A DNA stretch of 64,000 nt, taken from NCBI GenBank assembly GCA_963804955.1, contig CAWDSQ010000014.1:96001-160000 (forward strand), given 5' to 3'. The position numbers and the translations under genes are program-made. Numbering within the stretch: position 1 is the stretch's first letter; every line of letters begins with the position of its first letter. The stretch comes from an uncultured delta proteobacterium (GTDB lineage Bacteria; Desulfobacterota; WTBG01; CAIYCZ01; CAIRTM01). Below the pieces are notes generated by a model. The model was not told the DNA's origin, searched no databases, and was given only the letters and a program-made list of their open reading frames with translations. Below, piece by piece: positions 41,822-51,746 of this stretch.

Positions 41822-43933
41822 TTATTTCGCAAAAAAGCCCTTGTTCCTGTTGCGCTCCCGCAATTCGCCGATCTTGCCCTTGTTCCAGCTGGAAATCTTG
41901 GTGAAGTAGCCGGTTATGCGGGTTATGCCATCCACTTTGTCCGACCCGCAATGCGGACAGGTCGGCTGAAGGCCGCGAACGGTTCTGCCGCAGGCAAGGC
42001 AGTTGGTAAACTCCGGTGAAAACGCTATCTGGTCATTCTGCGTTTCGCGGAAAACCTTGATAACAAAGTTTGCCAGCGACTCCTTTGCCGGCTTCGACTC
42101 GCCAAGCCAGATATGGGTGATGGAGCCTGCCTCAATCAGGGGATGGAAAAGCCCTTCGGTGCGAACGCGCTCAATGGGATTTTCGCTTGACCCCACAGGC
42201 AGGCAGGTAGAGTTGGTATAGTAAATATGGCCTGTTGCGACATCGCCGCGCACGAAGTTCTGCGCATGATCGCGATAGTCGCGCAGATCGAGCTTGGCAA
42301 AGCGGTAGGCCGTGCTTTCGGCAGGTGTCTGCTCGAGCACGAAATGCATATTATACATCTCGCTGTACTTTTTGCACAGCAGGCTCATCTCGGAGATGAC
42401 CTTGAGCCCGAATTTTATGGCCCGCTTTGATTCCTGCAGACCCTCGCCCGTATGTATTTTTACAAGCTCGTTCAGGCCGACCATGCCGATCAGGTAGGAA
42501 GCCCGGTGCATGCGCAAATACGGCGCACCGTCGGTCGCCATGGTCAGCAGTGCAAGGGGCCCTGTATCGCCAAGGGCGAGCAGGCTTTCGATAAAATACT
42601 TCTTCTGCAGATGGGCCTTCACGGCAAGCTCCATCATGGTGCGCAGGCTGTTAAAAAGGGCCGTATCATTGCCCTTGCTGCGGTACCCGAGGCGCGGCAG
42701 ATTGACCGTCACATTCTGCAGCGCGCTGAAGCGCATCTTCCAGGGCGACTTGGCATCCTCGATATCGCTTGCATTGAGCTTGAAGCTCAAACGGCAGCAC
42801 TCCGATATTTTTGCAGTCTCGCCGCGGTCGAAAACAAAATAGGTTGTGCCTTTTTCGCTTGCCACATCGCAGATATGATGCAGGAAGTCCTGCCATCCTT
42901 CGGTGCGGAAAAGCTTTTCAGTAATATGCACCAGCGGCTTGGGGAAGAAAAAAGGCCGGCCCGTGCCATCGCCTTCCTTGTACACGTCAAACAGCGCCCA
43001 GACAAATCGCTGCGCCTCCTTTTCATACTCGCCGTAGGTCTTGCCCGTAAATTCACCGCCCGGCCCGATGGCGGGCACATTTTCAAAATGTTTGGGCACT
43101 TCCCAGTACAGGTTGATGTCGGTAAATATGGCCTGACCGCCCCGCGCCACGGCCTGCTGCGAGAATTCATATATCAGCATCTGCGCAAGCTGTTTGACCT
43201 CGCGGTCGCTCCGGCCTTCAAGATAGGGGGCAAAAAAGAGATTCACGGCGTCCCAGCCGATGGCGCCGGCAAAATGGCTCTGCAGGGCAGCGGCAAACTT
43301 TACCATATGCGCCAGCAGCACTTCAGGCTGCCGCGCGGGCTTGGCAATGGACAGAGAATTGGGCAGGCTCAGGCCGAAACGCTTTATATACTCAAGGGAC
43401 TGGCCCGAGCAGTATGGCCGGTCGATGAAGCCGAGGTCGTGCAGGTGAATGTCGCCGCGCATGTGCGCGTCGCCCACATCGGGGGTAAACACCTTGAGCA
43501 GGGCGTATTCCTTTTTAATGCCTTCGGCAAGGGTCAGATTGGTGGCCTCGGGGCCGTGAGGAACATTGGCGTTTTCCTTGTTGGGATGCAGGATCATCTG
43601 ATCCACATCGTAGAGCGGCACACCCAGGCGGGTATGTTTTTTGCGGGCGTCTTCAAGTCCGCATTCGATAAGCTTGGCATCAACCAGTTCGCGTATCAGC
43701 GGCGCGGTGACAAATTTTATGCCTACCTTGACAATAATTTCCTCAACCTCAAGGCTTATTCGCTCCGCAACATCATCGGGCACATCAGCCTCGCGAACCA
43801 TGGCATCAACGATTTTCTGCCGATCCCAGCCCGCAAGATTATCGCTCGAAGTCCTGACTAACAGGGCTAGATCCGTGGTTTCATGAAAATCCACAGGCGT
43901 CTGCCTCTCTTTTAGCTCAACCAGAGACCCCAT
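41822..43933 (-). CDS. nrdD: Class III (anaerobic) ribonucleoside-triphosphate reductase with ATP cone
   Basis: ATP cone, HLHDL...RPYC, ECCR finger loop, TPAESTAYRFA, YYTNS, Zn site CLAC...CPHC and glycyl-radical RITGY. Confidence 0.96.
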   Translation of the reverse strand: MGSLVELKERQTPVDFHETTDLALLVRTSSDNLAGWDRQKIVDAMVREADVPDDVAERISLEVEEIIVKVGIKFVTAPLIRELVDAKLIECGLEDARKKHTRLGVPLYDVDQMILHPNKENANVPHGPEATNLTLAEGIKKEYALLKVFTPDVGDAHMRGDIHLHDLGFIDRPYCSGQSLEYIKRFGLSLPNSLSIAKPARQPEVLLAHMVKFAAALQSHFAGAIGWDAVNLFFAPYLEGRSDREVKQLAQMLIYEFSQQAVARGGQAIFTDINLYWEVPKHFENVPAIGPGGEFTGKTYGEYEKEAQRFVWALFDVYKEGDGTGRPFFFPKPLVHITEKLFRTEGWQDFLHHICDVASEKGTTYFVFDRGETAKISECCRLSFKLNASDIEDAKSPWKMRFSALQNVTVNLPRLGYRSKGNDTALFNSLRTMMELAVKAHLQKKYFIESLLALGDTGPLALLTMATDGAPYLRMHRASYLIGMVGLNELVKIHTGEGLQESKRAIKFGLKVISEMSLLCKKYSEMYNMHFVLEQTPAESTAYRFAKLDLRDYRDHAQNFVRGDVATGHIYYTNSTCLPVGSSENPIERVRTEGLFHPLIEAGSITHIWLGESKPAKESLANFVIKVFRETQNDQIAFSPEFTNCLACGRTVRGLQPTCPHCGSDKVDGITRITGYFTKISSWNKGKIGELRERNRNKGFFAK

Positions 43934-43984
43934 AAGCTCACCCCCTTTTATATATCGGTCATTTTGTATGAGACTTTATATAAG

Positions 43985-44000
43985 CCACAAGATATGGGGC
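43985..44000. promoter_or_regulatory. NrdR box in the nrdD promoter spacer
   Basis: CCACAAGATATGGGGC resembles acaCwAtATaTwGtgt; adjacent to minus-strand TTGACA at 44001-44006. Confidence 0.6.
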
Positions 44001-44603
44001 TGTCAAGGGGTATTTATTTAATATTTTTAAGCACTTTGCTGCTGCAAAAAAACAACTTTATTTTCAAAAGGTTTTACAATTAGTTAGAAATCCTAAGCAA
44101 AAAAATTCCTTGAAGAAAAAAAATGCCGTTTCTGGCATAACTCGACAGGATTTTGAAACTATTTAAATCTCAACGTGTTTTTAAGCTTTAAAATCAATAA
44201 AAAGATACGATGCAACATCTCAAAGCCTTGAAAAATAAGGCTCAAAGCTGCATAGATGAAAAAAGATGCAGGTTTAGAGTTCCGGACAAATAAAAAAACA
44301 ATGATTAATCAAATTGTTAGTAAACTCGAGCAAAAAAGTTTGGGTTAAGCATAAAAAAAACCGGCAAAGCCGGTTTCTTTACAGACAAACAGGCTGCTCA
44401 TGGCATGCTCAACGATTATCAATGAGGCAAGCCGGCACAGCCGCATATATATAAAATATTGAAAAAACTTATTTATTTTAAGAAGGTGTTTTTTTGATAA
44501 AGAATCCACTAACAAAAATATGTTTGAGCGTTCTTGGAAATGCATCCGGTGCTGAGCAAGACTTCACTGCTTGAGCAGCGCCGTTTTGCGGTTTTCTGCC
44601 CGA

Positions 44604-44978
44604 TTATTGCTTCTTCCTGTATCTGAACCCTACGCAATCAAATGAAAGTTTCTCGCAGTCATCCAAATATTTGAAGGTTATCAGACCGGCCATGGCAAAC
44701 CCGCGCCCTTTGGAATCATCGCACTCATTGGAAAATTTAATCCACGGTCCGAACTTTGAATAGTTCATGCTTGCCTGCACATCATAATGCTCCGTCTCTA
44801 CCGTTGCCGTAAGATCCGTATAAAAAGCCACGAAGGCTGAATCCTGGACGGAGTAGCCGATATCATCAGGCTTGGTAATCACACAATTACAATAATAGTT
44901 GGCATCGCGCAGATACTCTGTGTCCATGGCAAAGCCGAGCGTCGGCACAAGCAGCAGCACAAGCAATATTTTTTTCAC
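44604..44978 (-). CDS. Secreted hypothetical protein
   Basis: GTG start after GGAGGAGG; signal peptide ending GFA; 5 Cys. Confidence 0.7.
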   Translation of the reverse strand: MKKILLVLLLVPTLGFAMDTEYLRDANYYCNCVITKPDDIGYSVQDSAFVAFYTDLTATVETEHYDVQASMNYSKFGPWIKFSNECDDSKGRGFAMAGLITFKYLDDCEKLSFDCVGFRYRKKQ

Positions 44979-45232
44979 ATATCCTCCTCCCGTGGATTAC
45001 TTTATAATCACCTCGTATGACAACAAGCAAGCTTATGCTTCAGTTTGTAACTAAAGTATAACAGAAAAAAGCTTACTATGAAATACCGGAAGCTGCACTT
45101 TGACGGGTTTTTCTTCTGCCGCCCGCGCATATTAAAATTTACATCAGACGCAGGTGATGCTACCCTCGCATGCGGCTGATGCATAACGCGATACAGTATC
45201 AGTTCAACAAACTCACCAGCAGGGGAGTACCC

Positions 45233-45973
45233 GTGGAAACAAAGAAAAAATTTTATGCCGTGGCGAGAGGCCGCAACACGGGCATATTTACGGCATGGTT
45301 CGGACCCGGCGGCGCTGAGGCGCAGATAAAAGAATTTCCCGGAGCCCGTTACAAGGGGTTCCCCACTATTGAGGAGGCCCGCCTGTGGCTGACTGAAATG
45401 ACGGCCGGGAGCCCGCATACCCAAAAACCAAAACCCGAAGCCAAAAAAAGCACTCCTGCAAAGGCCGCCCATGAGCCTGAGCCTTCTGACGGACGAATCA
45501 TTATATACACCGACGGCGGCTGCAGTTTTAACCCGGGTCCTGGCGGCTATGGCGCAGTGATTCTTGATGGCGATGCACGGCAGGAACTTTCTGGCGGGTT
45601 TCGTCTCACCACCAATAACCGCATGGAGCTGAGCGCCTGCATTGAAGGGCTCAAAGCCCTGCCAGCCCCTGCATCGGTTACCCTGATCTCGGATTCAAAG
45701 TATGTAGTGGACGGCGCAACAAAAGGGTGGGCAAAAAAGTGGCGCAAAAACGGATGGATGCGCACGGCAGCTGAGGCGGCTGAAAACTATGACCTGTGGG
45801 ATAAGCTTCTTGATCTGTGCGAAAAGCACAGCGTTAAATTTGTATGGGTGAAGGGGCATGCAGGCAATACGGAAAACGAGTGCTGCGACCGGCTCGCCAC
45901 CACCGCAGCAGCAGGCAAAAACCTGCCTGCCGACACGGCCTATGCAAACAAAAAAACCAGGATTAAACAGTAA
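45233..45973 (+). CDS. rnhA: Ribonuclease HI with N-terminal hybrid-binding (Cauli_VI/viroplasmin) domain
   Basis: KFYAVARGRNTGIF...ARYKGF; YTDGGC..NPGPGG, TNNRMEL, SDSKY and WVKGHAG. Confidence 0.93.
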   Translation: METKKKFYAVARGRNTGIFTAWFGPGGAEAQIKEFPGARYKGFPTIEEARLWLTEMTAGSPHTQKPKPEAKKSTPAKAAHEPEPSDGRIIIYTDGGCSFNPGPGGYGAVILDGDARQELSGGFRLTTNNRMELSACIEGLKALPAPASVTLISDSKYVVDGATKGWAKKWRKNGWMRTAAEAAENYDLWDKLLDLCEKHSVKFVWVKGHAGNTENECCDRLATTAAAGKNLPADTAYANKKTRIKQ

Positions 45974-46106
45974 TGCTTGTCCTGCGGACACGATCCCTGA
46001 ACTATCGCAGAGGCCAATACCCTGTACATGAAAGCATCTATCAGACAAAGCCGGCCTGCTGCAGGGCCCGTGATGAAGAACGTGGCGATTTTTCCCGGGA
46101 TGTACT

Positions 46107-47288
46107 CTACCTGCAGCCCGCAGCAGCAGTACCCCTTTTATCGTGCCGCAGGGCTATCATCGCGCCTGCCGCCATGGATGCAACCGCACAGACATTGAAT
46201 GCCGCAAGATAATTCCGGTAATAATCAATAACAAAACCCAGGCCAAAGGCAAAGGCCATCATGCCGCCGTTAAAAACGGCTGAAAAAACGGCATTGGCCC
46301 TGCCCCGCTCCTGCTGCGGCGCAAGATTGACCACATGGGCATTAAGCACCGGATACAGCAGGCCATGCGTGATGCCATAGAGAATGCCCACCGTCACAAG
46401 CCACGCAACAGTCCCGGGAAAGTTCAAAAGCATATTCATCACTGCTCCCGCAAAAAAAGCCCCCGCAACCAGAAGATGCGTCCGTGCCGCTGCGATACGC
46501 TTCATGAAAAAAAGCCTGATGCCTATCAGCACGGCAGTATAGGTTACGAAAAACCACGAATAGTTGAGAATCGTATCGGTTCTGATGAAGTTGGGTAGAA
46601 AGGTAATAATAATGCCGAAGCCGCCACCAAAAATAAATGTCGCCATCATATAAACGGCAAATGCCGGCTGTCTGAAAAGAAGCCACGTGCTGCTGCGAGT
46701 TTCCCTGACGGAGGATTGCGCCGGGATGGGCCGCGGCATGCAAAAGGTAAGCGCGAGGCTTGCGGCTACAAAGGCGCATGACAGCATGAAGAGAACATGG
46801 TGAGGGCTGCCCCGGTTCAGGAGAAATTCACCCACAGCCGGACTCACGGCATTGGTGATGGCGCCGGTGATGCCGTAGATGCCGATGGCCTCGGTTGCAT
46901 CCTCCGGGTTTACACTCTCAAACACGATGGTGGTGCCCATGATCATGGCAATTGAAAACCCGATGCCGTGCAGCACCCGTATGAACGGTATATACCAGGC
47001 AAGCGAGTCGATACAAAGGTACGCGCCATACGTGAACAAAAGCAGGACATAGCCCTGCCGGAGCATGCGCACCCGGTCATGCCCCCTGATCAAAGAGCCC
47101 AGGGCAAAAGCGGCTATGATGAGGAACACCTTGTCGATATTATTAATGATGCCGATATAGGTTTCCGTTGCGCCCAGATTCTTCAGATAGACCGGCAGCA
47201 GGATGAAAAATGAATTCCCGAGAAAGAAGAACAGGTTGGCAAGCGACACAAAATAAAATATGGGCGCATATTTCCTCTTCGTCATCAT
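46107..47288 (-). CDS. MFS transporter
   Basis: About 12 TMs, 393 aa; RVLHGIG and ERGRANA motifs. Confidence 0.85.
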   Translation of the reverse strand: MMTKRKYAPIFYFVSLANLFFFLGNSFFILLPVYLKNLGATETYIGIINNIDKVFLIIAAFALGSLIRGHDRVRMLRQGYVLLLFTYGAYLCIDSLAWYIPFIRVLHGIGFSIAMIMGTTIVFESVNPEDATEAIGIYGITGAITNAVSPAVGEFLLNRGSPHHVLFMLSCAFVAASLALTFCMPRPIPAQSSVRETRSSTWLLFRQPAFAVYMMATFIFGGGFGIIITFLPNFIRTDTILNYSWFFVTYTAVLIGIRLFFMKRIAAARTHLLVAGAFFAGAVMNMLLNFPGTVAWLVTVGILYGITHGLLYPVLNAHVVNLAPQQERGRANAVFSAVFNGGMMAFAFGLGFVIDYYRNYLAAFNVCAVASMAAGAMIALRHDKRGTAAAGCR

Positions 47289-47327
47289 GCTACCGCCGCA
47301 GAGTGCGAAAGTTGGGTATCTGGAGCA

Positions 47328-47750
47328 TCACCGGGCCGCCGGTTCCAGTTCCGATGTGCAGTGCGGGCACCGGGTTGCTTTGACCGCAATATTGGAGCAG
47401 CACCGGGGGCATTCCTTTGTCGTCGGGGCGGCCTCCTGCAGCATGAGCCTGCTGGCCTTATTGACAGCCTGAATAAGCATGAAAATCGCAAAAGCCACGA
47501 TCACGAAATCGACAACGGTTTGCATGAAAGCGCCGTATTTAAGGGCCGCCGCTTTGTCGCTTGCGCCCAGCTTGAGAACCAGATCGGAAAAATTCATACC
47601 GCCGAGCAGCATGCCGATCGGCGGCATGATAACATCGTTGACCAGAGAGGTGACTATTTTGCCGAAAGCACCGCCGATGATGATGCCGACGGCCATGTCA
47701 ATAAGGTTTCCGCGAAGGGCGAAGGTTTTAAATTCTTTGAGTATCTCCAT
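47328..47750 (-). CDS. mscL: Large-conductance mechanosensitive channel with C-terminal zinc-ribbon-like tail
   Basis: [40 protein letters not shown]; tail CPRC...CPHC. Confidence 0.95.
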   Translation of the reverse strand: MEILKEFKTFALRGNLIDMAVGIIIGGAFGKIVTSLVNDVIMPPIGMLLGGMNFSDLVLKLGASDKAAALKYGAFMQTVVDFVIVAFAIFMLIQAVNKASRLMLQEAAPTTKECPRCCSNIAVKATRCPHCTSELEPAAR

Positions 47751-47784
47751 TGGCTGCCTGCTTCATAAAAGGTATTGTATACAA

Positions 47785-49104
47785 TCAGATATCTTTCAAA
47801 CACGCGTTTTCCGGGGCTTGTTCAATCCGGCTTTTAAACGCGGCAAGCCGCCGCTGCAGCTCATCAAGCTCCGGGCTTTGGGCCATATGAACGGATGAAA
47901 CGCCATACCCTTCAAATGCTTCTGTCACAGCTGCAAGGGTCAGGTCGGCCGTGCTTTTTGCGGGGCGGTAAAAGACCGCGTCGCCATCGCTATCCTGCGT
48001 TCGGGCAAGCATGCCGCAGGCGACAAGATCGTCAAGGAGCCCCTGCAGGAGGCGCCGTGGAACCTCAAGCAGGGCTGCCAGGCCGTCAGCCGTTGGCGGC
48101 TGCTCGCCGCGTTCAAAATTTTTGACGACCACCTGTACTGCCCGCAGGGCAAGCACTTTTTTGACGACGCTACTCACCGCCCACTGATCGGTATCATAGT
48201 CATAAATATGCACCGCCTGACAGGCCCAGGAAATAGCGGCCCCGAGCAGCACGATGGTCCAGCTGGTCTGGAGCCAGACCAGAAACAGGGGAAGCGCGGC
48301 AAATCCGCCATACACGGCATTGTAGCCGGCAATGCCTATTTGAAATTTTATATATATCCACTGCATAACCTGGTAGGCAGTACCTGCTATGATGCCCGCA
48401 ATCAGTCCCGGCACAAACCTGACCCGGGTATTGGGCATGAAGAGATACAGAAAGCTGAACAAAGCCCATATAAAACAATACGGCAAAAGCCCCAGGCCTG
48501 CCGCAATAAGCGGGCCGGCGCTTTCAAGCAGCGCCAGTTTTTTCGCGATAAGCTGCGCTTCGGCGGCAATGGTAACGGTGAGGCTGCCGGCCAGAATGAC
48601 CAGCATCGGACAAATAAGCATCGCTGACAGGTAGTCTGAAAATTTGCGGTTCAGCGAGCGTGCCCTGCCCACACCCCAGATTGCATTGAACGCATCCTCG
48701 ATATTGCCGAGCATCTTAATGACAGTCCAAAGCAGGGCCGCAATGCCGATACCCGCCACAACTCCGCCCTGCGTGCTTTCAATCATGGCGTGGGCGAATT
48801 CAATTATGCGCTGCACAGCCTCCTGCTGGCCCTGGAGGTTGTCAAGCAGCTGCCGCTCCAGAAGCGCCTCAACCCCGAAGCCCTTTGCAATCCCGAAAAT
48901 CAGGGCAGCAACGGGCACGATTGAAAGAAGGGTGAAATACGTAAGCGCCGATGCTTTCTGCTGAAACTGCGTCCGGATGAGCACGCGGGCCGATAGCACA
49001 GCAACCCGGGCAGCCCTGAGCCATAGGGCACGAGCCCCATGGAAATCTTTCAGAGCTAAAGTCCAGATACCCTCGGAAAAATAGGAAATAATCTTTTCAA
49101 GCAT
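47785..49104 (-). CDS. YihY/BrkB-family membrane protein with C-terminal HTH-like domain
   Basis: ASALTYFTLLSIVP, IEDAFNAIW, YNAVYGGFAALP and SWTIVLLGA motifs. Confidence 0.9.
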   Translation of the reverse strand: MLEKIISYFSEGIWTLALKDFHGARALWLRAARVAVLSARVLIRTQFQQKASALTYFTLLSIVPVAALIFGIAKGFGVEALLERQLLDNLQGQQEAVQRIIEFAHAMIESTQGGVVAGIGIAALLWTVIKMLGNIEDAFNAIWGVGRARSLNRKFSDYLSAMLICPMLVILAGSLTVTIAAEAQLIAKKLALLESAGPLIAAGLGLLPYCFIWALFSFLYLFMPNTRVRFVPGLIAGIIAGTAYQVMQWIYIKFQIGIAGYNAVYGGFAALPLFLVWLQTSWTIVLLGAAISWACQAVHIYDYDTDQWAVSSVVKKVLALRAVQVVVKNFERGEQPPTADGLAALLEVPRRLLQGLLDDLVACGMLARTQDSDGDAVFYRPAKSTADLTLAAVTEAFEGYGVSSVHMAQSPELDELQRRLAAFKSRIEQAPENACLKDI

Positions 49105-49356
49105 TCCGGCCTTCTTTCGTTTTTATCTGTGAAATCCTGCCACTGCAACAGGGTTTATGTTCCTTTTTAAAAAAAATTATGGTGTAAACAGACCCGAATT
49201 CTGTTTATACAATATAGTGCAAAAAATTTTTCATTTAAACACAAAACAGCTCCCATGTTTATTTTTAAAGCTTTGTCCCCGTCACGCAATAGCCATACAA
49301 CGGAATCAACCTCTCCTCAAACTGCGGAGCTTTTTACCCATACAAGCATAAGAAGC

Positions 49357-49393
49357 AAAAGCCGGCCCTGTTCAGGGCCGGCCGTTATTTTTT
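49357..49393. terminator. Bidirectional terminator-like hairpin
   Basis: GCCGGCCCTG-TT-CAGGGCCGGC flanked by A and T runs. Confidence 0.6.
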
Positions 49394-49596
49394 ACTAGCA
49401 TACAGATAGAGAAAGATGTCTTTATTTAAAGCGCCTATGCACTGCGCTTCATATAGTACAGCATTCAAACTCCTCTCATGGTCGGTCTGCCCGTTGCTGC
49501 CACAGCCCGAGTGTGTGTTTCATGCATCGCCACGTACGTTGCCTTCGCCTTCACGATGGACTGAAATGCAGGCTGAGCCCGGCAAGTGAGCAACAC

Positions 49597-49911
49597 TTAT
49601 TGAAAGCTCGAGGAGCAGATGCGGCTTTTAAGCCAGCCGGCACGGCTTACGGCATCAATCTCTGCAAGCAGTTTATTCTTCTCCGCCTTCAGTTCTTTAA
49701 TCCTTGCCGGCGACAGATCCTTAACGCCCAGAAGCTCAATTTCGACCTTTCGCAAACGTTCCTCCAGGGTAAAGACGACATGCCCCATCTTTTCCCTTTG
49801 CAGATCCTGCCGTTTCCCGTCACACAACCAGCTGATACAGGCGCCAATAGCGGTCGAAATGGCTATGACAATTTCTTTGCCGGTTTGTTTAGCTGCAATG
49901 AGGTTTGCCAT
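49597..49911 (-). CDS. Small hypothetical protein (hydrophobic N-segment plus coiled coil)
   Basis: ATG 49911 after AAGGGGAG; charged heptad-like C-terminal half. Confidence 0.5.
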   Translation of the reverse strand: MANLIAAKQTGKEIVIAISTAIGACISWLCDGKRQDLQREKMGHVVFTLEERLRKVEIELLGVKDLSPARIKELKAEKNKLLAEIDAVSRAGWLKSRICSSSFQ

Positions 49912-50615
49912 GTTCGTGCGTCTACTCCCCTTTTGGTCCGTATACATGTCTGAATTTTATCAGCAAAACAGTTCCCGTCATTGATCGGTTGTTTCTGTTC
50001 ATTGAGCCGCAGTATCGGGAAGCAAACTGAAACCCGCCCCATACTCACGGATCTATTCGACGAACTGCATATAAGGCACTATTTTACAATCTTTTAAAAA
50101 CCCATTTTAAATAGAGCAACGGCCCCTGAACTGGAGCACATGTTTACTGTTTGTACGTATCAAAACAAATACACATACTGTGCCAACAAAAACACTACGC
50201 TTGTCATCAAAGGATAGCAAACATGAAAACCGTTTGCCGGTTTCTATAATTGCACTGAAAAAACTTATCTTTTCTTTAGAGCGCTCGAAAACCAGGCATC
50301 TTTTTTTTATAGATATATGAAATCAAATCAGAAAGTTACTCATAGCAATCTGGGGTTTCATCAAAAATGTGTTCAAAATGAACAATTTATAACTAAAAAT
50401 GTTTAGTCAAAATGAGCATGAGCGACATAGTCAGCTGCCAAACCGAATGTCTAGCAGATCTTGCCGGTTTGCCAGTACGATGCTGCGCAGAGGAGGGGGA
50501 CTTCTACCTATGGGGGGGGATAAAAAGGCTTTAAAAAATGTATATTAATTTCATATGCGGTCAGATTTCATGCATGAAGCATAGCCAGCCTGAAACACTT
50601 CTGGCCAAATGCCCC

Positions 50616-51326
50616 TCACCTTGAGAACACATTATATTTCACAATGCACCAGATTGCTCTGCAACCGTCTTTCCATCCGATTTTTTTTCCTTCTTCATAT
50701 GTCCGGCCATAATATGAAATACCGACTTCATAAATAGGTATTTTCATCTTCGCAATTTTAGCTGTAATTTCCGGTTCAAAACCGAATCTATTTTCCTGTA
50801 TGGATATTGACTGAATGACTTCTCGCTTGAAAACCTTATAGCAGGTTTCCATATCAGTCAGATTGATATTCGTAAACATATTTGAAAGGGTTGTTAAGAA
50901 TCTATTGCCAACAGAATGCCAGAAGTAAACAACGCGATGTGCCCCGCCGCTTATAAACCTGGATCCAAAAACGGCAGCAGCCTTTCCGGAAAGCAGCGGA
51001 GCCAGCAGGATCGGGTACTCCTCAGGATCATACTCAAGGTCGGCATCCTGAATGATGACATAATCACCGGTAGCGGCAGCGATGCCGGTCCTCAAAGCAG
51101 CGCCCTTCCCCTGATTGACTGCGTGGTAGCACACTTTATCTACCAGACTTGCAATAGTGTTTTTCAAGAGCTCAGTCGTGCCGTCAGTTGAACAATCATC
51201 CACGATGATGATTTCCTTATGGGGGACAGGCGCAGCTTTGACCGCATCTACTAGTGCTCGAAGAGTATCAATCTCATTGTAGCACGGAATAATGACGGAA
51301 AGCGTTATGCTGTTTAATGTTTCCAT
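50616..51326 (-). CDS. GT2 glycosyltransferase (DPM synthase-like)
   Basis: [40 protein letters not shown] and FGFEPEIT. Confidence 0.93.
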   Translation of the reverse strand: METLNSITLSVIIPCYNEIDTLRALVDAVKAAPVPHKEIIIVDDCSTDGTTELLKNTIASLVDKVCYHAVNQGKGAALRTGIAAATGDYVIIQDADLEYDPEEYPILLAPLLSGKAAAVFGSRFISGGAHRVVYFWHSVGNRFLTTLSNMFTNINLTDMETCYKVFKREVIQSISIQENRFGFEPEITAKIAKMKIPIYEVGISYYGRTYEEGKKIGWKDGCRAIWCIVKYNVFSR

Positions 51327-51421
51327 TGAATGCCATTCCTTCGAAAATGAACGTGCTTAAAAAGTATGTGGCGCGCTTTGCTGCAAGCATTTCGGGATAA
51401 ATAGTCCCATTTCAAACCACT

Positions 51422-51656
51422 TTACTGCCTCTGTGGGTTTGTCCCGAAGTAAATCATAGCCGGGGTTTCCCTGTCAAGGCTTTGGTGCCACCGCTTTCTG
51501 GCTGAACGTATATATAAACGATAGTCTTTTTTTAACCTCCGCTATTGATCAATAGGCATTATGATGGATGTCCTCATATCAGATACTTTCCCGGAACTGT
51601 TCAATAATGCCAGTGTCTCTCCACCGGCCCTTGCCGTCCATGCTGATTCCAATGCC
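51422..51656 (-). pseudogene. Degraded IS3-family transposase C-terminal fragment
   Basis: Translates GIGISMDGKGRWRD...*YEDI...AY*S, then shifts to RWHQSLDRETPAMIYF; in-frame stops. Confidence 0.75.
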
Positions 51657-51746
51657 ACTGGAGCTAAGGCTCCTCGGGTAAAGGCCTCTGCGGTGAAGCG
51701 GCGGCTGTCCCAAATATCGACCGTATGCGAGAACCTGTATGAAGCA

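Noticed and set aside
42452..43861. 469-aa plus-strand ORF
   Set aside because: Antisense shadow of nrdD, expected from codon bias
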